Shown here piece by piece: positions 37,691 to 47,430 of a stretch of DNA of 64,000 nucleotides. The stretch lies in NCBI GenBank assembly GCA_963548695.1, contig CAUUWA010000003.1, positions 5,982-69,981 of the forward strand, read 5' to 3'. Position 1 is the stretch's first letter. Every line of letters starts with the position of its first letter. The notes below the pieces were generated by a model. The model saw only the letters and a list, made by a program, of their open reading frames with translations. It was not told where the DNA came from and searched no databases. Source of the DNA: an uncultured Fretibacterium sp. (GTDB taxonomy: Bacteria; Synergistota; Synergistia; Synergistales; Aminobacteriaceae). The translations under genes were made by a program, and so were the position numbers.

Positions 37691-39376
37691 ATGAACGAAG
37701 CGTGGAACGCGCCGGAAAACGGGTATCCCATCAGCCGATTTGCGCTCTGGGCGTGGATACTCTCGTTTGGCTACACATTGGGGGGCACCTTTGTGAGAAT
37801 TGCCTTGCGGTTCCAGGGCGGGGAGCAAGGCGTCTGGCCGCTGTCCGTCCTGGCGGCAGCCGCCGCGGTAGCCTTTCTCCTGCACATCCGGCGAGACCGC
37901 CGTGCGGCCCTGGCCCTGAGCATTGGAGTTGGCGTCTATGAGCTTTTGAACCAAGGGCTCTACCTCTACTCGTCCTATCTCGCCAACGAGGACCCGGAGT
38001 CCCTGCGAAGGATGCTCCACCTGTTGTTCTCGGGGCATTGGTGGGTCTATCGGTGCCTGTGGCTTCCCCTCCTCACAGGCGGCTACCTGGCACTGCGCCG
38101 GAACCGACGCGCCTGGCCGCTACTCTGCGTCAGTGCAGCGGGCGCGCTGTACCAGCTTGTCGATATCCCTTTCCTGCGATATTTCCTGACGTATTTCCCC
38201 CAGTATGGAGAACTGTGGTTCTCAACTATGACGGCGTTCGAGGCTTTTGACGTAATGAGCTACGCCTCCGTCATTGCCGCGTTCCTGTTTGCATACCTGG
38301 ACGCGCGTTCTTCGAGGCCGGTGCGGTTCGATGGACTTGGATCCAACCAGCTCGAATCCGAGGCGGGCGGCGGCCTCTCGGGGGCGTCGACGCTCCGAAG
38401 GAGGCTCCGACGGCTGCTTCTGGCGAGTACGATCCTTGTCTGCCTCAACGAGTTCGTCGGCGCAGGCGGCCTCCTGAGCGCGCTCCTGAAGATAACGGTA
38501 TACGATAGCATCGGTAGGACAGGCATTCGGCTCCTTGCCTGTCTTCTGCCCTGCGTCGCATACCTCTACAGCCTGGCCCCGTTCGCCTCGCCGAGGATCC
38601 TCGTGACCTACGCCTACTACGAGGCCTTCGTGTACGCGACATGTTCGGCCACGGCAGTGCTCCGTGCAATCATGGGCGTATCCATGATGATAGCAAGCGG
38701 ACTGGGAGAGTTATACGTCCTGTACATCCTGCCGGACGTGCTTCTGATGGTGTTGTTCCTCGCCATCCTCCATACGGGCCGCCGCCTGGACGAACGGTCC
38801 CGAGCCGCCGGGGCGGGGGAGTCCTCCCTTGCGTGGAGCGCCTACGCCATAGCCTTCCTCTATCCGCTGGCGGACTGCATCTCTTGGGTCATGACGTGGG
38901 CCGATTTCCGACAGTACCCGGGTCCCCCGAGCCTGGGAGCAGCCCTGCCGTTCCTCGATGCCTTGCTCGTCATGCTCTGCCTGTTCCTCCTCCCGAGGAG
39001 GGATCGCCGCTCGGCCCTGACCGCAAGCGTGGCCGCAGGTGCGTCCCTCCTGATCGGCATAGCCACCGGCATCCTCCTCTGGATTCCCGAGGTGGAGCTC
39101 CGTTTCTGGCTGCTCTCTCCATCATGGTGGGTCATGCGGATATTCCCCGCCTTGCTCATCGTGGGCGGATACCTGGCGCTGTATCGAAGACGCTGGGCGC
39201 CCCTCGTGTTGACCGCGAGCGCCGTGGGCGCGCTGTGGGCCCTGTGGGGATACGTTTCCTCCCTCGATCCGCATTCCAGGCAGATAGATATCCGTACCAC
39301 TCTGGATATCGTTCAGGAAATCGTCCCGCTCCTTGCCTGCGTCCTCGCCTGGTGCGACCGGCGATCGGGTGGGTGA
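37691..39376 (+). CDS. Polytopic membrane protein of unknown function with internal repeat
   Basis: Many hydrophobic segments; RBS GAAGGAG; repeated WWV.R....L..GGYLAL.R module. Confidence 0.7.
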   Translation: MNEAWNAPENGYPISRFALWAWILSFGYTLGGTFVRIALRFQGGEQGVWPLSVLAAAAAVAFLLHIRRDRRAALALSIGVGVYELLNQGLYLYSSYLANEDPESLRRMLHLLFSGHWWVYRCLWLPLLTGGYLALRRNRRAWPLLCVSAAGALYQLVDIPFLRYFLTYFPQYGELWFSTMTAFEAFDVMSYASVIAAFLFAYLDARSSRPVRFDGLGSNQLESEAGGGLSGASTLRRRLRRLLLASTILVCLNEFVGAGGLLSALLKITVYDSIGRTGIRLLACLLPCVAYLYSLAPFASPRILVTYAYYEAFVYATCSATAVLRAIMGVSMMIASGLGELYVLYILPDVLLMVLFLAILHTGRRLDERSRAAGAGESSLAWSAYAIAFLYPLADCISWVMTWADFRQYPGPPSLGAALPFLDALLVMLCLFLLPRRDRRSALTASVAAGASLLIGIATGILLWIPEVELRFWLLSPSWWVMRIFPALLIVGGYLALYRRRWAPLVLTASAVGALWALWGYVSSLDPHSRQIDIRTTLDIVQEIVPLLACVLAWCDRRSGG

Positions 39377-39778
39377 GGGGAAATACGCCGATCCGCAACC
39401 TTAACGCTGACATGGCTTCCCTATCGTCTGAGCGGGAAAGGTATCGTGTTTTCGATCGAAGGAAAGCGTGTAGGGGGATGAGGAAAAGGTTTGTGTCCGT
39501 GACCATGATTGTCCTGTCGGCCTTGTTTTTGCTTCGGCAATGACGGCGGGCGCTTCCGATGCCGAAGGACCTGAAGTCGGCCTGATAAAATGGGGTAAGG
39601 CGAACAGCGGATATTTTGCATATTATCTTGATAAAATATGCATTTTTTGTTTAAGTCAGCGCTTCCTGGTGGTCTGATGGGAGGGGGGTTGCCGGCGTCC
39701 GGGGTCCTCGAGGCGCAGGGAATCCTCTCGATGGGGCGGGAAGGGCCGTTTGCCCTTACGGAAAGGTAAGGCGAGGCA

Positions 39779-40870
39779 GTGATTACGACAGCGGATGTGC
39801 AGGTGGAGTACAAGTTCGGGGCCGGCCGTTACTGGCAGATGCCGAATGCGTTGGACTTGGTCGGGACGGAGGCGAGACGCCTGGGGACGAAGGCCTGCGT
39901 CGCAGGAGGGGAGACGGCGCTCGCCCTTACGCGGGAACGCCTGTCCTCAGGACTCGATGCCGCGGAGATCCCCTGGGTGGAAGAACGGTACAGCGGCCCC
40001 GCCACCGTGGCAAAAGCCGCCGCGCTCGCGTCTGCGGCAACGGAAAAGGGCTGCGACGTCGTCGTTGGCGTGGGGGGCGGGCGAGCTCTGGACCTGGCCA
40101 AAGCTGCGGCGGCTCTGCTGAGGGCGCCGGTGATCACGGTGCCTACCTCGGCGGCGACCTGCGCGGCGTACGCGCCGCTGAGCGTTCTCTATCATGAGAA
40201 CGGCGCCTACGATCATTGCGTCTGGCACGAAAGGGAGGTCGATGCGGTGCTGGTGGACATGGACATACAGTCCGCCCAGCCTCCGCGCCTGATGGCGTCC
40301 GGGATCCTGGATGCCATGGCCAAGTACCTGGAGATCTCCAACGGCCGGGCAGAACTGGACCTTCAGGATGTCCCCATCGCCATGCACAGCGCGCACTCCT
40401 TTGCGCGATACACCTATGAAGCGCTGGAGCGGTACGGATACCGGGCCGTGCAGGACTTGAAGAAGGGATGCCGCACCAAGCCGCTGGAGGACACCGTGTT
40501 CCTGAATATCGCATTGACGGGGATGATCAGCGGCATCACCAAGGGCAGGGGGCAGACGTCCGTGGCCCATGCCCTGTACGATGCGGTGCGCACGCATTTT
40601 TACCGGGAGTCCGGGAACTTCCTGCATGGAGAGATCGTGGCCGTAGGCCTGCTGTCTCAGCTGTCTTACAACGAGGACGAAGCGCGGCTGCCTGTCTTGA
40701 GAGACTATATGCGGCGTCTGGGCATGCCCTGCTCCCTGGAGGAGATCGGTATCCGCCCGTCGGAGAAGAATCTGGAGGTCCTGTATCGCGACATGTGCCA
40801 ACAACGGTTTATGGTTCAGGACGAGGCGCACCTCACGCGTTTGAAGGCGGCTCTGAATCCGATCCGATAG
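39779..40870 (+). CDS. Iron-containing alcohol/glycerol dehydrogenase family protein
   Basis: GVGGGRALDLAK, PTSAATCA, D ligand, AHALY, LHGEIVAVG. Confidence 0.87.
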   Translation: MITTADVQVEYKFGAGRYWQMPNALDLVGTEARRLGTKACVAGGETALALTRERLSSGLDAAEIPWVEERYSGPATVAKAAALASAATEKGCDVVVGVGGGRALDLAKAAAALLRAPVITVPTSAATCAAYAPLSVLYHENGAYDHCVWHEREVDAVLVDMDIQSAQPPRLMASGILDAMAKYLEISNGRAELDLQDVPIAMHSAHSFARYTYEALERYGYRAVQDLKKGCRTKPLEDTVFLNIALTGMISGITKGRGQTSVAHALYDAVRTHFYRESGNFLHGEIVAVGLLSQLSYNEDEARLPVLRDYMRRLGMPCSLEEIGIRPSEKNLEVLYRDMCQQRFMVQDEAHLTRLKAALNPIR

Positions 40871-40967
40871 GGGCGCGAAACTCCGGGCGGGCGGCAGGGG
40901 GTGACTTTTTCTCTGACTCCTTATGGGGTGACATTATCACAGAACAACGACAGCCCCCACAACGTGA

Positions 40968-41247
40968 TTGACATTCTCCCGAGGGTAAGGTATAAACTGT
41001 CCTAAGAGGTCCGACTGATATTATCCGGAGAGGAGGAAACCCTAGTGCGGCATTGCGGATTCACCTGAGGAAGGGGCTTGGATGCACGGGATGCATGCCG
41101 TGGTGGGATTCCTTCGGAGCCGTCCGTTTGGGCCAAAATCTTCAGAATGTGATCGAAATCCGATCAAAACCATGATGCGCGCGCCTTCGTGCGCCGTCAT
41201 CGTTTCTTTTTGAGGAGAGGCTGCCCGCACGGCCTCTCCTGTTTTTT
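40968..41247 (+). promoter_or_regulatory. Promoter plus ~245-nt terminated leader upstream of the TAXI/corrinoid operon
   Basis: TTGACA(40968)-17-TATAAA(40991); terminator AGGAGAGGCTG-CCCGCA-CGGCCTCTCCT-GTTTTTT at 41213-41247. Confidence 0.55.
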
Positions 41248-41441
41248 CCCCATTCCATTACGAGTTCCCTCACATCCTTTTTCCTTCGTTTTTCAATAAA
41301 ATAATTTTTCATGAAACAGAGTGAAGAAGATTAAAAACGTTGCCTGTGGATTTGGAGTGCTTCTCCTGCCTCGAGACAAGGGGATAATCATGTTTTCTTA
41401 CATATCCGTCCAAGCCTGAAGTATGAGGAGGAAAAATTGCC

Positions 41442-42395
41442 ATGAAAAAATCTGTGTTCTCGTTCCTTTCCCTGACGCTCCTTACCCTGCTCCTGTGTGC
41501 CTCCGGCGCTGGGGCCGTCCAGTTCGTCAACATCACAACGGGTCCGACGGGCGGCACCTATTATCCCGTGGGCTCCGCGATGGCCAAAATCTGGACGGAC
41601 AACATCGAAGGGCTCAAGGCGAGCGCCCAGTCCTCCGGGGGGACCATGAACAACATCCAGCTGCTCGCCGACGGAGAGGCCGAGGCTGCCTTTGCCGACG
41701 GCCTCTACTACGACGCCTATAACGGGCACAAGAACTACGAGGGCAAGCCACAGTCCTTCCTGCGCGCCGCCGTGCCCCTCTATCCCGAGGCTATCCACCT
41801 GCTCGCGGCACGGGACAGCGGCATCGAGACCCTTCAGGATCTGAAGGGCAAGCGAGTTGCCGTGGGGGCCGTGGGCGGCAGCACCATGCTGACGGCCTTC
41901 CAGCTCCTGCGCCTGGCCGGGCTCGATCCCGAGAAGGACATCGTCCCGGAGAACCTGGGACATGCGGACGTGGTCGCTGCGTTCGCGGACAAACGCATCG
42001 ACGCCTCCGTCACCATCGGGGCCATCGGGATAGCCAGCGCCAAGGAGACGACCACGCTGGGGACGGCCTACCTCGTCGCCATACCGCAGGCCGTCGTCGA
42101 AAAAATATGCGGGGAAACGCCCTACTTCAGCCCCCTGACGATTCCCGAAGGGACCTACAAAAACCAGGCGAAGGCCATTGGGACCTTCAGCAGCCCCAAT
42201 ATCCTGGCCGTGCACGAGAAGTTGGACGACGAGCTCGTCTATCGAATGACCAAGGCTCTTTTCGAGCACAAGGAGGACCTCGTCGCCGTCAGCGCACGGA
42301 TGTCGGCCATGAATCCGGAGTCCATCGCCCACGTTGGCATTCCCGTGCACCCGGGTGCGCTGCGCTACTATAAAGAGAAGGGGATCCTGAAATAG
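41442..42395 (+). CDS. TAXI family TRAP transporter solute-binding protein
   Basis: TGPTGGTYYPVG, LYPE, DLKGKRVAVG, PVHPGALRYY. Confidence 0.92.
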   Translation: MKKSVFSFLSLTLLTLLLCASGAGAVQFVNITTGPTGGTYYPVGSAMAKIWTDNIEGLKASAQSSGGTMNNIQLLADGEAEAAFADGLYYDAYNGHKNYEGKPQSFLRAAVPLYPEAIHLLAARDSGIETLQDLKGKRVAVGAVGGSTMLTAFQLLRLAGLDPEKDIVPENLGHADVVAAFADKRIDASVTIGAIGIASAKETTTLGTAYLVAIPQAVVEKICGETPYFSPLTIPEGTYKNQAKAIGTFSSPNILAVHEKLDDELVYRMTKALFEHKEDLVAVSARMSAMNPESIAHVGIPVHPGALRYYKEKGILK

Positions 42396-42397
42396 AA

Positions 42398-44308
42398 ATG
42401 GCCTCATTCGCCTCCGAGGGGCCTGAGGATTCCCCCTCTTCGCCCCTCGGGATGCCCTTCATCGACAATATCAGGACGAACACGGCGTTCGCGCTCTGCG
42501 TCGCCATGTCCCTGTTCCACCTCTACACCGCGGGGATCGGCCTTCTCCAAACGCCCGTCCAGCGTGCGGTTCACGTCGGGTTCGTCCTGGTCCTGGTCTT
42601 TCTGCTGTACCCGCTGAGGAGGGGATGGCGCTGGGCCGATGTGTTCCTGGTCCTATGCTCCATAGCCGGGACGGGGTACATCGCCCTCTTCTCCGACGCC
42701 ATCGCCCTGCGGGGCGGCAAGGTCCTGCCCTACGAGCTCGTCCTGGGAAGCCTTACTCTGATCGCCGTCCTGGAGGCGGGACGGCGCGTCCTGGGGCGGA
42801 CGCTGCCCCTGCTGGGCCTGGCCTTCCTGCTCTACTGCCGTTACGGGCGCTATGCCCCGTCGATCTTCATGCATCGGGGCTACTCCCTGGAGCGGATCGT
42901 CCAGCACCTGTACCTGACAACGGAGGGCGTCTTCGGCGTGGCGGTCGGGGTCTCCTCCACGTTCATCTTCCTGTTCATCCTGTTCGGAGCTTTCCTCTCC
43001 GGCAGCGGAGGGGCCCGGTTCTTCAACAACCTGGCCCTCTCGTTGACGGGAAGGAGCCCGGGCGGCTCCGCGAAGGTGGCTATCGTCGCCTCGGGACTGC
43101 TGGGGACGATCAACGGTTCCTCCATCGCCAACGTGGCCACCACCGGAGCCTTCACCATTCCGTTGATGAAGAGGGCCGGTTACACGCCCGAGGAGGCCGG
43201 AGCCATCGAGGCCTGCGCCTCCTCGGGGGGGCAGCTCATGCCTCCGATCATGGGGGCCGGCGCCTTCGTGATGAGCGAGTTCCTGAACGTCCCCTATGCC
43301 CGAATCCTGTCCGCCGCACTCGTCCCCGCCCTGCTCTACTATACGGGCCTCTTCCTGAACGTCCACCTCAGGGCCCGCAGGGCCGGCCTGGCGGGATTGG
43401 GCGAGGATGCCCCAAGTGTCCGGGAGGTCCTGAGGGACGACGGGCACCTCCTGCTGCCGCTCCTCCTGATCGTCATTATGCTGATGCGCGCCTACACGCC
43501 GCTCAAGGCGGCCTTCTGGGGCATTCTCGTGATGGTTGGCGTCGCCGGGCTGCGACGTCATACCCGCATGGGGCCGCGGCTCGTCGTCAAGGCCCTTGCG
43601 GACGGGGCTCGCGGTGCGCTCGGGACGGGCATCGCCTGCGCCGTCGTCGGGTTCGTCGTCGGGGGAAGCTCCCTGACCGCCCTGGGCCCGACGCTCTCCG
43701 ACAATATCCTGGACCTCGCCGGCGGAGCCCTGCTGCCCACCCTGCTCCTGGCCATGGCGGCCTGCCTTCTCCTCGGCATGGGGCTCCCCACGACGGCCAA
43801 CTACATCGTGACCAGCACGGTGGTCGTCCCCGCCCTCGTCAAGATGGGCGTGCCGCCCCTCTCCGCTCACATGTTCGTCTTCTACTTCGGGATCATGGCG
43901 GACATCAGCCCTCCGGTCTGCCTGGCCTCCTTCACGGCGGCGGGGATAGCCGGAGCGGACGCGGCCGGTACGGGGGCCCGGGCGCTGCTTTTCGCGCTCA
44001 CCTCCTTCCTGATCCCCTACCTCTTCATCTACAGCCCCGCGATCCTCATCGAGGGCGCCTCGTCCCTCTCCGTCCTGGAGGTGTCGGCGGGATCGGCCGT
44101 CGGCATCGTCGCCTTCGCCGCGGCCCTGCAGGGGTGGTGGGGCGTGCGCCTGGGCGCTCCCCTGCGTGCCGCGGCCCTCGTTGCGGGGGCGTTGTGCTTC
44201 GTCCCGCATACCCCTTTACGGATCGTCGGAATCCTGGCGTCGTTGGGGCTCGGCCATGCGGCCCGCCGGGGCGGGAGGGTTTTTCGTCAAAGAAAGGGGG
44301 GTGCGTAA
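42398..44308 (+). CDS. TRAP transporter fused 4TM/12TM permease
   Basis: GGSAKVAI, GSSIANV, GGQLMPPIMGAGAF, LGMGLPTT, HMFVFYFG. Confidence 0.92.
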   Translation: MASFASEGPEDSPSSPLGMPFIDNIRTNTAFALCVAMSLFHLYTAGIGLLQTPVQRAVHVGFVLVLVFLLYPLRRGWRWADVFLVLCSIAGTGYIALFSDAIALRGGKVLPYELVLGSLTLIAVLEAGRRVLGRTLPLLGLAFLLYCRYGRYAPSIFMHRGYSLERIVQHLYLTTEGVFGVAVGVSSTFIFLFILFGAFLSGSGGARFFNNLALSLTGRSPGGSAKVAIVASGLLGTINGSSIANVATTGAFTIPLMKRAGYTPEEAGAIEACASSGGQLMPPIMGAGAFVMSEFLNVPYARILSAALVPALLYYTGLFLNVHLRARRAGLAGLGEDAPSVREVLRDDGHLLLPLLLIVIMLMRAYTPLKAAFWGILVMVGVAGLRRHTRMGPRLVVKALADGARGALGTGIACAVVGFVVGGSSLTALGPTLSDNILDLAGGALLPTLLLAMAACLLLGMGLPTTANYIVTSTVVVPALVKMGVPPLSAHMFVFYFGIMADISPPVCLASFTAAGIAGADAAGTGARALLFALTSFLIPYLFIYSPAILIEGASSLSVLEVSAGSAVGIVAFAAALQGWWGVRLGAPLRAAALVAGALCFVPHTPLRIVGILASLGLGHAARRGGRVFRQRKGGA

Positions 44309-45253
44309 ATGAAAGTTCTCGTCGTATCGGGATTTCTGGGCGCGGGCAAGACCACGTTCATCCGTGAGCTGGCGCGCCGCATCGAGGGGTCCGTCGTCGT
44401 TCTCGAGAACGAGTTCGGGGAGGTGGGGGTCGATGGCGACCTCCTGGCGGACGTCCCCATCGAGGTCGTCGAGCTGGCCCAGGGCTGCATCTGCTGCACC
44501 ATGAGGACGGACTTCCTGCGAGCCGTCGACGAAATAGAGCGTCGTTTCCACCCCGACGTCCTCCTCATCGAGCCCACGGGAATAGGTTCCCTGAGCCCCA
44601 TCCTCGCGTCCCTCTCGAAGGGGGTGGGGGCGGGCGTCTCCCTGGTCCCGCCCGTCACGGTCGTCGATGCGGAGTCCTTTGGGGATTACATCGAGGTCTT
44701 CGGGGACTTTTACCGGGACCAGATCGCGGGTGCGCCGACCCTGGTCGTGACAAAGTCGGAGGCGCTGCCGGAGGAAGAGCGCGACGCGGTTTTGAAAGGG
44801 ATTTCCGCCCTGAACCCGGAGGCCGAGCTGGTCTTCCCTCCTTACGCGGAGCTCCCCTCGGAGTGGTGGGACGGCCTCCTCGGCGCGGAGGCGGCGGATA
44901 TACCCGCGCCGCCCGAGGGGGCGGAGGCTCTCTCGCTGGAGAGCTTGGGTTTGAAGGACCTGAGCTTTCGGAGCCGCGAGGACCTGGAGGACCTTCTGGG
45001 CCGCCTGGCCTCCGGGGCGTTCGGGCGGGTGTATCGGGTCAAGGGCCTGGCCCCCGTGGGCGGGGAGTGGCTGCACTTCGACGTCGTGAACCGAAGCCGG
45101 ACGATCGAGGCCTGGCGCCCGGCGGATGGCTCCAAGATGGCACTGATCGGAGAGGATCTGGACATCCCCGGCATCGGCATGGCGCTCTTGGAGTTCCGGA
45201 TGCCCTGCCCCCCGGAGACGGGGGCGTCCGGCGCCGGGCACGGAAAGATTTGA
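44309..45253 (+). CDS. CobW/COG0523 metallochaperone GTPase
   Basis: GFLGAGKTT, ENEFGE, GCICC, IEPTG, RVKG. Confidence 0.9.
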   Translation: MKVLVVSGFLGAGKTTFIRELARRIEGSVVVLENEFGEVGVDGDLLADVPIEVVELAQGCICCTMRTDFLRAVDEIERRFHPDVLLIEPTGIGSLSPILASLSKGVGAGVSLVPPVTVVDAESFGDYIEVFGDFYRDQIAGAPTLVVTKSEALPEEERDAVLKGISALNPEAELVFPPYAELPSEWWDGLLGAEAADIPAPPEGAEALSLESLGLKDLSFRSREDLEDLLGRLASGAFGRVYRVKGLAPVGGEWLHFDVVNRSRTIEAWRPADGSKMALIGEDLDIPGIGMALLEFRMPCPPETGASGAGHGKI

Positions 45254-45280
45254 TCGAAAAATTCAATCGAAACAGAGGCG

Positions 45281-45961
45281 ATGATCGTGTCGATGAGCAA
45301 GGAGGAGTACCTCAAGAGCCTTTCGGACTGCGTTTTGGAGATGGAGGACGAGAGGGTCGTGACGGTTGCGGAGGAGTACCTCCGCGAGGGGCACAGCGCC
45401 CTGGACGGGATCAACCTGGGGCTGGTAGACGGCATGAACCGCGCGGGCGCGCTCTACGAGCAGGAGGAGTATTTCGTCACGGACCTGCTGCTCTGTTCGG
45501 ACGCCATGTACAACGGGCTGGACGTGCTGAAGCCGCATCTTAAGGATGAGGCGGCGGAGGGCGAGGAGCCGATTCCTGCCGTGATCGGGGTCGTGCAGGG
45601 CGACACCCACGACATCGGGAAGAACCTCGTGAAGATCATGTTCGAGACGGCGGGCTTCACGATGTACGACCTGGGGCGGGACGTGCCCATCGAGGCCTTC
45701 GTGGACAAGGCTCAGGAGGTGAATGCCCGCCTGATCTGCCTGTCCACGCTCATGACCACGACGATGATCGGGATGCAGCGCGTGGTGGAGCTTCTGAAGG
45801 AGCGAGGGCTCTACGGCAAGATCAAGGTCATGATCGGCGGAGGCCCCGTCTCCCAGAACTTCTGCGACAAGATTGGGGCGGACGCTTATACGGGCAGCGC
45901 GATGGAGGCGGTGCGGGTGGCGAAGATGCTCCTGAACGGGGAGCCGGTCCCCGCCACATGA
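45281..45961 (+). CDS. Corrinoid (B12-binding) methyl-carrier protein
   Basis: B12 cap domain then GDTHDIGKNLV (DxHxxG), LSTLMTTT, IGGGP; start may be 45293. Confidence 0.93.
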   Translation: MIVSMSKEEYLKSLSDCVLEMEDERVVTVAEEYLREGHSALDGINLGLVDGMNRAGALYEQEEYFVTDLLLCSDAMYNGLDVLKPHLKDEAAEGEEPIPAVIGVVQGDTHDIGKNLVKIMFETAGFTMYDLGRDVPIEAFVDKAQEVNARLICLSTLMTTTMIGMQRVVELLKERGLYGKIKVMIGGGPVSQNFCDKIGADAYTGSAMEAVRVAKMLLNGEPVPAT

Positions 45962-45984
45962 GGCCGTTTTTTGGGATTCCAATT

Positions 45985-46035
45985 GGGATTCCAAAGGGAC
46001 GAGTCCCTTTGGTGGGTTCAGGGCGAAGCCCTGAA
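45985..46035 (+). repeat. Double-hairpin REP-like element (copy 4)
   Basis: CCAAAGGGAC-GA-GTCCCTTTGG then TTCAGGGC-GAA-GCCCTGAA. Confidence 0.7.
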
Positions 46036-46082
46036 GTTTTTCCGTGCGGCATCATCGAGCACTGGGGCAGGGAGGGAACGGC

Positions 46083-47132
46083 GTGAACGAGAAGGAGAGG
46101 CTGCTGGGGGTGCTTCGCGGAGAGGCGATTCCCGAGGCGCCCTGTATCTGTCCCGGCGGGATGATGAACGCCATCGTCGTCGATCTGATGGACCGGTGCG
46201 GCATCGCCTGGCCGGAGGCCCACACGGACCCGGTCATGATGGCGGAGCTCGCCAGGGCGGTGTACGACCACGAGATGTTCGAGAACTACGGGGCGCCCTT
46301 CTGTATGACCGTCGAGGCGGAGACCCTGGGCGCCCCGGTCGACATGGGAAACCGGGAGTGCGAACCGCACGTCTCGGGCTACGTCATCGACGGGGTGGAG
46401 CGGTGGGCGGAGCTCCCGGAGCCCGACCTGGGCCGGGGGCGGGCCCGTGTCGTCATCGAGGCCATCGAGCGGCTCAAGCGGACGGGGAAGGAGGGCGTCC
46501 CCATCATCGGCAACCTGACGGGCCCCCTCAGCCTGGCGACGTCGCTGGCGGACCCCATCGATTTCTACAAGTCCCTCCGGCGCAAAAACGAGGCCGCCCA
46601 TGCCCTGATGCGGAGGGTGACGGACATGCTGATGGCGTTCGGCACGGCTCAGGCCGCCGCCGGGGCCGACGTCCTGGCGATCTCCGACCCCAGCGGGACG
46701 GGCGAGATTCTGGGTGCACGGTACTTTCGGGAGTTCGCCGTCCGGTACCTCAACGATTTGATTCGCGGGGTGCGCTGCGCGTTTCCCGACATGCGCTTCA
46801 TCGTCCACATCTGCGGGCAGATGAAGAACGTCTTCTCCGAACTGGCCGCGGTGGAGGCGGACGCCTTCAGCTTCGACGCGATGGTGAACCTGCGCACGGC
46901 GCGGGAGCACCTCGCGCCCCGCAAGGTTATGGGCAACGTCAGCTCCTTCGGCCTGGCCTTCGCCTCGGAGGAGAAGGTTCAGGCCATGGCCCGCTCAGCC
47001 CTCAACATGGGGTCCGACATCCTGGCCCCGGCCTGCGGCCTGGGCACGCGGTCGGACATCCGCTCCGTGCAGGCCCTTTTGAGGGCGGCCAAGCGGAATC
47101 GGGAGGAGGACGCCCTCTTATGCACGATTTGA
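46083..47132 (+). CDS. MtaA/CmuA-family methylcobalamin methyltransferase (URO-D fold)
   Basis: PFCMTVEAETLG, Zn motif VHICG...PACG; GTG start after RBS GGGAGGG. Confidence 0.88.
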   Translation: MNEKERLLGVLRGEAIPEAPCICPGGMMNAIVVDLMDRCGIAWPEAHTDPVMMAELARAVYDHEMFENYGAPFCMTVEAETLGAPVDMGNRECEPHVSGYVIDGVERWAELPEPDLGRGRARVVIEAIERLKRTGKEGVPIIGNLTGPLSLATSLADPIDFYKSLRRKNEAAHALMRRVTDMLMAFGTAQAAAGADVLAISDPSGTGEILGARYFREFAVRYLNDLIRGVRCAFPDMRFIVHICGQMKNVFSELAAVEADAFSFDAMVNLRTAREHLAPRKVMGNVSSFGLAFASEEKVQAMARSALNMGSDILAPACGLGTRSDIRSVQALLRAAKRNREEDALLCTI

Positions 47133-47417
47133 TTCCATTTCTCAATCATCCGCATGCTTCGTTTAAGCAGGTGGCCAGCCCTCTGCGGCTTTTTCGAGCC
47201 GCAGATGCTGTGCCAATCGCTTACGTCGACACACGGCACAGCTGCCGTGCTGTCGACGCAAGTAGGGGCTCACTCGATTGCTTCGCACTCCCCCAACCCT
47301 TTGTATGCCTGATAAAGCCCCAAAGTAACTCGCACGACTCCTACTTCCGTCGGCTCCCTGCTTATCCGCGGCGGTTCGCAAAAGCCGCCTCGCCTACGAA
47401 TGATTTAGAAACGGAAT
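47132..47417. mobile_element. MITE-like insertion with imperfect terminal inverted repeats
   Basis: ATTCCATTTCTCAATCAT.. / ..ATGATTTAGAAACGGAAT (22/28 match over extended ends); lower GC than flanks. Confidence 0.65.
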
Positions 47418-47430
47418 GAGGGAGCCAGAC

